Part shown: in pieces, positions 52,605 through 64,000 of the stretch
Layout: the number at the start of each line of letters is the position of its first letter
How positions within the stretch are numbered: position 1 is the first letter of the stretch
From: Octopus vulgaris
Taxonomy: Eukaryota
NCBI GenBank assembly: GCA_951406725.2
Contig: OX597817.1
Location: 166,780,001 to 166,844,000, forward strand
Direction of reading: 5' to 3'
DNA length: 64,000 nt
Position numbers and translations under genes: made by a program
The notes under the pieces: model-generated
What the model saw: only the letters and a program-made list of their open reading frames with translations
Databases searched by the model: none
Told to the model about the DNA's origin: nothing

Positions 52605-52630
52605 CTAGTTGGTTAGTAAGTAAGTAAGTA

Positions 52631-52710
<80 letters not shown>

Positions 52711-53080
52711 CGTGAATTAGTTCGTTAATTAGTTCGTTAGTTAGTTAGTTAGTTAGTTCGTGAATTAGTTCGTTAATTAGTTCGTTAGTTAGTGAGTTCG
52801 TTCGTTCGTTCGTTTGTTAGTTAGTTAGCTAGTTAGTTAGTTCGTTAGTTAGTTCGTTACATAGTTAGATAGATATGCGACGGGTTTCTTTCAATTTCTG
52901 CCCACTAAATCCACTTACAAGGCTTTAGTCGGTCCGAGGCTAGAGTAGAAGATACTTGCCCAAGGTGTTACACAATGGAACCGAACCAGAAACCATGTAG
53001 TTGGGAAGCAAGCTTCTTTATTTCATATAATTTGCCACAAGGGCATCACACAGCTTCTTACTACACAGCTACGCTTGCGC
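52345..53080 (-). mobile_element. SINE family A, diverged, with an internal ~300-bp (TTAG)n/(TTCG)n tract
   Basis: Tail at 52345-52560 and head at 52877-53080. Confidence 0.82.
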
Positions 53081-54349
53081 TACAATACAAGCTAACGCTC
53101 TAAAAGCTCAGATTTACCGCCTTTCATAAGGAATATAAAACATATATTTTGCATATAATATATTACATATAATACATCACATATTATAAATACATCACAT
53201 GCAATATTCTTAAATTATTTTCGTTCGTATTTCTGGTAAACGGCTGGCCTGTAGAATTCAATCAGAATGGGAGGATTGGGTGGATCCGTTTTACCAAATT
53301 CTTGCAATGAAACAGAAGCTTATTGCAAATAGAAATTTAGATCGCTTATCAGTTTTCCAGCGTCAGTATGCAGCTTTGCTTTGCACAAAATTTTCTGCTC
53401 GCATTGCCAAAATATTATCTTATTTTTAGGATCGGTGAATCTCGAAACAAAAGTGCTCTAAATGATAGCGTGGAAATAGTGGATTAAAAACAGGGAACGG
53501 TGAATCATGAAGGAAATAGAGCAATAAATAATAGGCTATAAATGCTGGATTAAAAGACACTTTGGATAGAAAAATATCGAAGGTTGCCAGTGGAACAAAA
53601 ATCTATATCTCCTCTAAACATGACAGGCGTTCTACTATTGGATCAAAGCAATTCTTTGACCTTCTCTATCCATTTTAGAAAGTCTATAATATCAACAGTG
53701 TGTGGATTCACGCCATGGGGTCAACCTTCGGTTTTTCTTTCTAAAGAGTTTTTAACCAATATTTATAGGCTATTATTTATAGCTCTATTTGCTTCAGGAT
53801 TCACCGTTCCTGGATTAGTTCACGTTCTCGAAAATTCTATATCCCTATGACATCAAAATTATAAGCTCAATATTTCCTTTGCTTGCATTATCGAAAAGTG
53901 GAAAGATTCATTATGCACGAAGTTTTCATTTCTAAGTTTCATAGATATTTCGTCGGCCATCTTATGCGTAAACGAAGAATATAAACCTAAAGATACGTAA
54001 TATTATGTAAAAACAAAAAAAGTAATGACGAACGCAACACATGTTCCAGTGAACATGTAGTAAATACAATTCAGTCATCTGTGCGGAACAGTAGCACCAT
54101 CTGTTGTCTAAGCAAGCAGCTAAACATAGTTTAATAACTTAGTTGCTTTGGAAGTGTCAACTTCTGAATTCGAAATAATATATAGAACGGAAAACTATTT
54201 TCGTATAAAAATGTTCTTTGAGCCAAAAGATACCTGACTTGAATTGAATATAATGATATCTGTGATGGTAGATGTGTTGGTGTATATGTGTACGTTTGTG
54301 TGAGGGAGAGAGAGGCATGCCTTTATGTATGTATGCATCTGAGAATGTT

Positions 54350-54422
<73 letters not shown>

Positions 54423-54614
54423 GTATGTATATATGCGTACATGCATACATATATACATACAGCATACATATATATATATATACACACAGAGCCTACATTC
54501 ATATATATATATATATATATACAAGCATGCATACATAATGCATACATACATATATACATACATTCATACATACATACATACATACATACATACATACATA
54601 CATACATACATACA

Positions 54615-54648
<34 letters not shown>

Positions 54649-55879
54649 CATCAAAAATTCATTCACAAACTACGACAAAACCTCTTAGACCACTCCCAGC
54701 AAGAAACAATGTTCCTTTTCAAAAATTCAACGGCAACAGATTTTACATCATGGTCACTGCAATAAAGCAACAATGCCTACTGTTAGCACTCTCTAATAGA
54801 AATAGCCAATAAATAGTACCCTCTTGCAACGGGAAAGAAACATCGCATACGGTAGTCTTAAATGCCTGCTGCCACTGAGGATGATGGCCATAGCTGGAAC
54901 GCTTTTGATCTTAAGTCTGATCAGGCATTTGTTTGCTGGTTTTTATAAATCGAAACAAGATCTCTTGTTAGAATCATCGATTCGGTAGGGTAACTTTGAC
55001 TGAGGAGACATACAAGAAGGTCGAAACATGACAGTGTCCCAAAATAGCCTAACACCAGTGAATTACGTGTGTTATGAACTCATGTCGTCTAAAGAGAGAA
55101 GGTATTCTCCGATGACAAAAGAAAGCAACAACAGCGATGAGATATTCATGTGCAAATCAGCTAGAATATAATATAGAATGAATAGATACGTTACAGTTTG
55201 TATTCTTGCTATTCTGTGCAGAACTCATAAAATAGTTAACGAGTGACAAAACTACTTAATAAAAATAACTAAATAATAAATCTAATAAAAGCGTTAATAA
55301 CGAAAGTACGGAAAACTGCCACCATAAGTCATAAAACAAGCAATTGTACAAACTTGTCGTTAAGATCTTCATCAATCGTACGCTTTTACAGCGTGTTGCT
55401 GACTAGAACGAGTCTTCCCGATTAAGCGCGAGATCTCCAATCGGATGAAGCCGTAGCGTTACTTCGTTCTGACTTTCTCATACTGTTTCTTGGCAGAGAT
55501 ATTGGGGAAGTTTTCTAGTGTCTTCAACTGGATAGCCGTTGACCCACAAGGAGCTCGACCGTCCTGCAACAGGTTTTTTTTTTTTAGTTTTGCTTAGTAT
55601 CTAGATGCAATATCAAGTATATATTTCGTAAGTTTTCATTGCAGGGTTTGATAGCAACTTTGAGACAGTGTTACTCGAAAGGGTTGGTTTCCTCTTTGAT
55701 CAAATTAATTTGGATTATACTCAATGATAGATAAGGAACATTTTGCAAGAGAGGTCTTTTGACAAACACAGATCAGTGGTGTTCAGTGGCTACCAGGATG
55801 TGCATAGGGATGAATTTGGGGCTCACATTCGTTGATATTGTGGCTAAGACTTCTTAAATTCCGTATATTATAATCCTTT

Positions 55880-56310
55880 TCTTACTATAGGCACAAGACG
55901 TAAAATTCTGAGGGATGGGTCTAGTCGACAACGTCAACCTCAGTATTTCACTGGTATTTAATTTATTGAATCGGAAAGGACGAAAAGCAAAATCGACCTT
56001 GGCGGAATTTGAACTCAGAATGTAAAAACGGGCGAAATGCTGCTGAACATTTAACCCGGTGAGCTAACGATTCTGCCAGTCCACCGCCTTGTGTGTATAG
56101 TATACACACAATGTATAATAGATTCAAAATTTAGCGAGACCCAGCAATTTTTGAAGGGAGTATAAGTCGGTTACATTGATTCCTGAACTTGACTAGTTCT
56201 TATTTTATCGACTCCGGTAGGATGAAAGGGAAAGCCGATTTCAGCAGAATTTAAACTCAGAACGTAAAAACAGACGAAAGGTCGCTAAGCATTTTGTCCG
56301 GTCTGTTAAT
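55880..56310 (-). mobile_element. Two old SINE family B copies
   Basis: Each carries gaaagg/aaagc..ggaatttgaactcagaa..ac.g.cgaaa motifs. Confidence 0.7.
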
Positions 56311-56555
56311 GGAAATTGTGTATATTATAATAGTTATTAGCGACATTTACGACACAATTACACTATATTACAGAACAGCTTCGAAAATGGAAACGTATTT
56401 AATATTTATATAACATTTTCTATGATTAAAAGATATCTAATCCTGGAGCAGAACAACGCTATTAGGATTATAACCTCGAGTATTTTCGAGAAGCTGCTTA
56501 ATCAGCAACGGAGTGAAGAGTCAAATAAATTGCTTAAAAATTTTGGGCTATAACC

Positions 56556-56594
<39 letters not shown>

Positions 56595-56615
56595 TCATCA
56601 TAATCATCATCATCA

Positions 56616-56658
<43 letters not shown>

Positions 56659-57024
56659 CCACCACCATCATCATCATCATCATCATCGTCGTCGTCATTA
56701 GCGTCAACATCATCATCATCTGCAGCAGCACCGTCTTCGTTGTTATCTTCGTCCCCATCACCGTTTTCACATCCACTTTTCCTCGCTTGCTTGGTTCTGA
56801 CAGAATTCGTTGAGGCAGATATTTTTACAGCTGGACGCCCTTTCGTGTCGTCATCCCTCAATGGTTTCCAAGCATTGTGACGTTTCCCTCGGGCCAGATA
56901 TTTTTCCATGAAAGACTAGAAGCGAATAACACCGCACGTATTACGGTAACGCTAATTTGCAACAATCACGCGATGTCGAATTAAGATGTACAAATACACA
57001 CACACACAATAAAGGATTTTTGAG

Positions 57025-57660
57025 GAAAACTTTCAAAAAAATTTTGACCAAAAATTTTCAAAAAATTTTGACCAAAAATTTTCAGAAAATTTTTCAAATA
57101 ATTTTGACCAAAAATTTTCAGAAAATTTTTCAAAAATTTGACCAAAAATTTTCAGAAATTTTTCAAAAAATTTTGACCAAAAATTTTCAGAAAATTTTTC
57201 AAAAAATTTGACCAAAAATTTTCAGAAATTTTTCAAAAAATTTTGACCAAAAATTTTCAAAAAATTTTGACAAAAAATTTTCAAAAAATTTTGACAAAAA
57301 TTTTCAAAAATTTTCAAAAAATTTCTCAAGAAATTTTGACCAAAAATTTTCAAAAAAAATTTAACAAAAATTATCAAAATATTTTGACCAAAAATTTTCA
57401 AAAAATTTTGACAAAAAATTTTCAGAATATTTTTCAAAAAATTTTTTAAAATTTTGACCAATATCTTTCAGAAAATTTTGACCAAAACTTTTCAAAAAAT
57501 TTTGATTAAAAATTTTCAGAAAATTTTTCAAAAAATTTTGACAAAAATTTTCAAAAATATTTTGACAAAAAATTTTGACCAAAACTTTAAAAAAAATTTT
57601 TCAAAACATTTTGACAAAAAATTTTCAGAAAATTTTGACGAAAATTTTCAGAAAATTTTA
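57025..57660. repeat. A/T-tract minisatellite (AAAATTTTCAG / AAAATTTTGACC units)
   Basis: Dozens of AAAATTTT cores at ~10-13-bp spacing. Confidence 0.95.
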
Positions 57661-57851
57661 CACACACATATACAAATCAGACACGTGGCCATGTGCTGAG
57701 AAGTTTGCTTCCTAACCATATGGTTCCGGGTTCAGTCCCAATGTATGGCTCCTTGGATCTTCCTATTATCTTCTACTATGACCTCAGGCCGACCAAAGAC
57801 TTGTGACTGCATACATACATACATACATACATACATACATACATACATACA

Positions 57852-57885
<34 letters not shown>

Positions 57886-58250
57886 CATACATACATACGT
57901 ACATACATATATATATGTATGTATCTATCGTTATAATCCCAATATCATTGTACAATGGTAAGATTACATAGGATTTAATCTTTCACCGTTTACTTCTTTT
58001 AGTCATTAGATTGTGGCCATGCTGGAGCACCACCTTGAAGGGTTTGAGTCGAACGAACCGACCCCAGTACTTTTTTAAAGTCTGGTACTCATCCTATCAG
58101 TGTGTTTCGCCGAAGTTTTAGGTTACGGGGACGTAAACGCACCATCACCAGTTGTCAAGCGATAGTGGGGATCAAACACTGACACAAAGACTCACACACA
58201 CGCTCGCACTCACACACACGCTCGCACTCACACACACACACTCACGCACT

Positions 58251-58293
<43 letters not shown>

Positions 58294-58351
58294 AAAGATG
58301 TATATATACATATATATATATATAATAAAAGATATATGTATATATCTTTTA

Positions 58352-58574
58352 TTTTTTCTCTTTTACTTGTTTCAGTCATTTGGCTGCGGCCGTGCTGGAG
58401 CACCGCCTTTAGTCGAGCAAATCGACCCCAGGATTTATTTTTTGTAAGCCTAGTACTTATTCTATCGGTCTCTTTTGCCAAACCGCTAAATGTCCAAGGT
58501 GCCACGCAGTGGGATTGAACCCGGTATCATATGGTTGGGAAGCAAATTTCTTACCACACAGCCTCGCCTGCGCC
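58352..58574 (-). mobile_element. Internally deleted SINE family A
   Basis: The tail is joined directly to the head (ccgctaaatg|tccaaggtgccacgcag), and the microsatellite middle is missing. Confidence 0.85.
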
Positions 58575-59171
58575 TATAATCACAGAAAATATTTTATATA
58601 ATCCCAATATTATAATGTCATAAATAAATGTAATGTTTTTGTAAGGCAGCACGAGTTATATCATAATCTTATAAAGGTTAGTTTTAGATATTTCACATAA
58701 CGAAACTGTCTTGAGTACATGATGTATGTCATTTCATAAATTTTTATACAATTGTTCAGCTCTGGTGTCAAATTTGATATAATGAAGCACTTTCAATCAG
58801 AACAATACTATATCATCTTCAGAAGGAAAAAAGAAATCAACCATCAGATCGATAAAAGCTGACTTATTGACCGTTTTTTATATCTGGATTATCCTCATGA
58901 CGCTTGTCTAGACTGTCTTTATTATCTACTAGAACAGATTCGTTTCTTTAGAACTTTCTAGCCGCAGCTCACCTTCCTAGCCATTCATTCCACCCGAACG
59001 ATGTTTCTCTCCATAAACCCAGTTCTATAGATAAGACTGATCTTGTCTATTATTTCTTCATCTGGGAACTAGAACCAGACAAGCGTTAAGAAAATTACTT
59101 CTAAACCAATTATACTCTAGAAATTATTAAAAAACAAAAGTATCTACAGACTTCCGAAATACCTATCCCAC

Positions 59172-59224
<53 letters not shown>

Positions 59225-59226
59225 AA

Positions 59227-59297
<71 letters not shown>

Positions 59298-59299
59298 GT

Positions 59300-59348
<49 letters not shown>

Positions 59349-59458
59349 CATATATATATGTATATGTTTATGTATGTATGTATAGATCGATAGATAGATG
59401 CACACATATGCGTACATATGTTTACACATAAATATACATAATACATATATATATATAG

Positions 59459-59503
<45 letters not shown>

Positions 59504-59578
59504 GTATATGTATATTCATGTATACGTGCGCGCATACACACATACATACATACATACATACATACATACATACATACA

Positions 59579-59653
<75 letters not shown>

Positions 59654-60557
59654 CTTCTACTTTGCCATAGTAATACTAACAACTAATTGTTTAGAACTCA
59701 ATATACAAAGCATATTATGCACAGTGTTATTTAGCTCCGGTAGAGGGGGAAAATGAACTCACTGACGTCTTCTGCTCTGAATTCTTTATATAAAACAGAA
59801 GGTCAGTACAGGACGAAATATTACTTAATAAATGAACAAAAAAATAAACAGGGATTATGTAATATGTGAGTGAATGCATAATGTGTGTATAAAGAATAAA
59901 TTGATTATTCCAATAAATACGAATTCCACGAAAAATCGACATATTTAGCATCGAAATACCTGCTGTAGATTCCAACTTAAGGCCTATTTGCAAAATATTT
60001 ATTGATCATTTTGAATATGCTCTCTTCTCTTAGAGATTGTTTATGAAACAGTTGATAATGGATCAGTTAGCCTTTCGATGTATCAGCAATATTCACCATA
60101 TCGAAGGGTGGTGAGCAGAATCGTTTGCCTTTCATCCTTTCGAGGTCGATTAAATAAGTGCCAGTTACCCACTGGGGTCGATATAATCGACGTGATCATT
60201 TTGCATGTCCTTGTTTGTCCCCTGTGTTTAGCCCCTTCCCTGTGGGCAATAAAAAAATATATATTCACCATATCACTCGTACCCTTTTGGTTTCAAAGCC
60301 AAGACAAGTTGTTTGATGTGCCCAGTGAATACAACGTAGGTGACACAGTATGAAGGTGTGCTAATTTGTAGTGGTGCGCCACTTTATAGAGTATTGGGCC
60401 CACGAACACGACGTCGTCAATTTGATTCTTGGACCGGCTGAAAATTAGTATGGTATTATCCATATAATTGAAAATGAGGTGATTACAATCAAAATAAGCA
60501 ACAAGGATATCCAGAGGTAATGCATTACCTCTGAATATCCTTGTTACTTATTTTGAT

Positions 60558-60600
<43 letters not shown>

Positions 60601-60734
60601 ATCCCCCCACCATCGCTTGACAACCGACGTTGGTTTGTTTGTATTTACATGCCCGTAACTTAGCGGTTTGACAAAAGAGCAAAAGAATACATATATATAT
60701 ATATATATACATGTATATATCTACGCATACACAC

Positions 60735-61957
60735 ACATATGTATGTATGTATGCATGTATGTATGCATGTATGTATGTATGTATGTATGTATGTATGTAT
60801 GTATGTATGTATGCATGCATGCATGTATGTATGAATGTATGTATGTATGCATGTATGTATGTATGTATGTATGTATGTATGTATGTATGTATGTATGTAT
60901 GTATGTATGTATGCATGCATGCATGTATGTATGAATGTATGTATGTATGTATGTATGCATGTATGTATGTATGTATGTATGTATGTATGCATGCATGCAT
61001 GTATGTATGAATGTATGTATGTATGTATGTATGCATGTATGTATGTATGTATGTATGTATGTATGCATGCATGCATGTATGTATGAATGTATGTATGTAT
61101 GTATGTATGCATGCATGCATGTATGTATGAATGTATGTATGTATGCATATATTTATGTATGTATGTATGTATGCATGCATGTATGTATGTATGTATGTAT
61201 GTATGTATGTATGTATGCATGCATGTATGTATGTATGCATGTATGTATGTATGTATGTATGCATGCATGTATGTATGTATGTATGTATGTATGCATGCAT
61301 GTATGTATGTATGCATGTATGTATGTATGTATGTATGCATGCATGTATGTATGTATGTATGCATGCATGTATGTATGTATGTATGTATGTATGTATGTAT
61401 GCATGTATGTATGCATTCATGTATGTATGTATGTATGCATGTATGTATGTATGTATGTATGCATGCATGTATGTATTTATGCATGTATGTATGTATGTAT
61501 GTATGTATGCATGCATGCATGCATGTATGAATGTATGTATGTATGCATGCATGTATGTATGTATGTATGCATGCATGTATGTATGTATGTATGTATGTAT
61601 GTATGAATGTATGTATGTATGCATGTATGTATGTATGTATGTATGTATGTATGCATGCATGCATGCATGTATGAATGTATGTATGTATGTATGCATGCAT
61701 GTATGTATGTATGTATGCATGCATGTATGTATGTATGTATGTATGTATGTATGTATGTATGCATGTATTTATGTATGTATGTATATATTATGTATGTATG
61801 TATGTATGCATGCATGTATGTATGTATGCATGTATGTATGTATGTATGTATGCATTCATGTATGTATGTATGTATGTATGTAAGTATGTATGCATGCATG
61901 TATGTATGAATGTATGTATGTATGCATGCATGTATGTATGTATGTATGCATGCATGT
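60735..61957. repeat. ~1.2-kb (TATG)/(CATG)n microsatellite, continuing at 62298-62870
   Basis: Directly visible. It is the source of the 200-370-aa spurious ORFs. Confidence 0.98.
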
Positions 61958-62298
61958 AAGGGGTAAAGGGTAAAGACCCCCTTCGGTCATGAATGACCAT
62001 GGGATTGCACCTAGAAAGTTACCCTCCTAGACACAAGTCCGGGTGAGGTTGTTTATGGGAGACCAGCAGTCACCCATGCATACCAGCCTCCCCTCTCCAC
62101 ACCACTGATGTTATCCAAGGGAAAGACAAAGGTCGATACAGCTTGGCACCAGTGACGTCGCAACTCATTTCTACAGCTGAGTGAACTGGAGCAACGTGAA
62201 ATAAAGTGCCTTGCTCAAGAACACAACACGCAGCCCGGTCCGGGATTCGAGCTCACAACTTCACGATCGTAAGCTCGACGCTCTAACCACTGAGCCAG
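61958..62298 (-). mobile_element. tRNA-derived CORE-like SINE with an RTE/Ceph-like 3' body, inserted in (TATG)n
   Basis: Minus strand: tggctcagtggttagagcgtcg..tcgaatcccggacc..cttgagcaaggcacttt..gctccagttcactcagctg..ttcccttggataacatcagtgg..tail (tttaccc)n. Confidence 0.8.
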
Positions 62299-62555
62299 CA
62301 TGTATGTATGTATGTATGTATGCATGTATTTATGTACGTATGTATGTATATATTATGTATGTATGTATGTATGTATGTATGTATGTATGTATGTATATAT
62401 TATGTATGTATGTATATATTATGTATGTATGTATGTACGTATGTATGTATGTATGTATGTATGTATGTATGTATGTATGTATGTATGTATGTATGTATGT
62501 ATGTATGCATGCATGTATGTATGCATGTATGTATGTATGTATGCATGCATGTATC

Positions 62556-62589
<34 letters not shown>

Positions 62590-62729
62590 TGTATGTATGT
62601 ATGTATATATTATGTATGTATGTATATATTATGTATGTATGTATGTATGTATGTATGTATGTATGTATGTATGTATGTATGCATGCATGTATGTATGCAT
62701 GTATGTATGTATGTATGCATGCATGTATC

Positions 62730-62763
<34 letters not shown>

Positions 62764-63414
62764 TGCATGCATGTATGTATGCATGTATGCATGCATGTAT
62801 GTATGCATGTTTGTATGTATGTATGTATGTATGTATGCATGTATGTATGTATGTATGTATGTATATGTATGTGTATTTAAGTTTTCTAGTTAAAACTACA
62901 CCACATTTTTTTTATGGCTTATATGTTAATGGCCAGAATCTTTTTTCATCTATTTAACTTAGATTCAGCCACTAATGCCCTCTATAAATATCGCTTCTAT
63001 GTTAGTTTCCGAAATATTAATAAAGTTCTATATCTACCTATTTTATAGCTTCATTATCTGTTAATTACATGCTATTAATTTCCATTATGTTAGTATCTTT
63101 ACGCATCAATCTATTCTCCTATTCACTGAACGATTCATCTACTGGATCTCAAAACAGTTATCACCTTCGGCTAAAGGAAAGAGCCTCTCAATGAGGTGAA
63201 TTGGCCAGCTAGAAATAGCAGTCGATTATTCGTCAAATCACAAATTACTATCTTACAGAAAGACAGATACGCTGAGTTAAATAATGTAGTATTAAATAAG
63301 CTATATCTGTAAAACAATAAGATTATACACTGTGTGGATGCCTTTCATTAGAGGTCTGTTCAGTTTGAGCTGATCGTCCTGAACAACGGCAGATGAGATC
63401 TATGTACTAACAGT

Positions 63415-63830
63415 GCTGGGACACTGCCTTGAAGGTTTTTTGTTGTTTTTATTTTTAGTTGACCAGATCGATCTCAGTACTTATGTTTCTGAAGTCTACT
63501 ACTTATTCTACTAGTCTCTTTTGCCGAACTGCCAATTTGCTGGGGCGTAAGCAAATCAAACAAGGTTGCCAAGTGGTGTAGGAGGAACTAACACAAGCGC
63601 ACACACACACACACATACATACACACAAGTAATGATGTGTGTGTATGTATATGTGTGTCTGTGTGCGAGTGCGAGAGAGAGAGAGAAAGAGAGTGAGAGA
63701 GCGACAGGCTTTCACATAGTCTGCATTTAGTAAAGTGTTTCAAGAAGCATTGGTCTACTAGGGGCATGAAACAATGCCCAAGGTGCGGCCCAGTGAGACC
63801 GAACCTGAAAACACGTGGTTGCAAAACGAA
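63415..63830 (-). mobile_element. SINE family A, old
   Basis: Degenerate tail and head motifs. Confidence 0.65.
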
Positions 63831-64000
63831 CTTTGTCTTCTCTCTCTCCTTCTCTCTGTCTCTCTCTTCTCTCTCTCTCTCTTTCTATCTCTCTCACTCT
63901 CTCTGTCTTTCTCTTTTTACTTCTGTTTTGTAATCTCTAATACCAATCGTCTTCTATCCATCTTTCTAAGTTTCCCTCCAAGTTATCTATCTCTTTCACA

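Noticed and set aside
52570-52870. (TTAG)n as an interstitial telomere
   Set aside because: The motif is a tetramer, not TTAGG or TTAGGG, and lies inside the variable tract of a SINE.
60599-62957. Long ORFs of 200-373 aa (MYVC/HTYI repeats), and similar ORFs at 13.3, 14.3, 32.3-33.9, 41.7, 54.2 and 59.1 kb
   Set aside because: They are translations of (TATG)n, (TA)n and (TG)n microsatellites that lack stops by composition.

Overview
Repeat-dense, AT-rich animal DNA, intronic or intergenic. The SINE, LINE and microsatellite repertoire suggests an octopus or other coleoid cephalopod (inference). No host gene exon could be supported, and almost all ORF-track entries are microsatellite translations. 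The window holds R4/Dong-type restriction-like-endonuclease LINE pieces in (TAA)n tracts, RTE and CR1 LINE relics, Tc1/mariner relics and a MITE, Helitron- and Helentron-like non-autonomous elements, and dozens of copies of at least four tRNA-derived SINE families. The most interesting signal is a set of short inserts abutting (TA)n tracts that carry minimal type-I hammerhead ribozyme motifs (one with an intact core at 16538-16580) and/or fold-back palindromes. This fits a Penelope-like or retrozyme-type retroelement system tied to (TA)n. There is also a young 408-bp near-perfect hairpin at 51376-51783. Repeat boundaries were read by eye and are approximate unless TSDs or TIRs are quoted.
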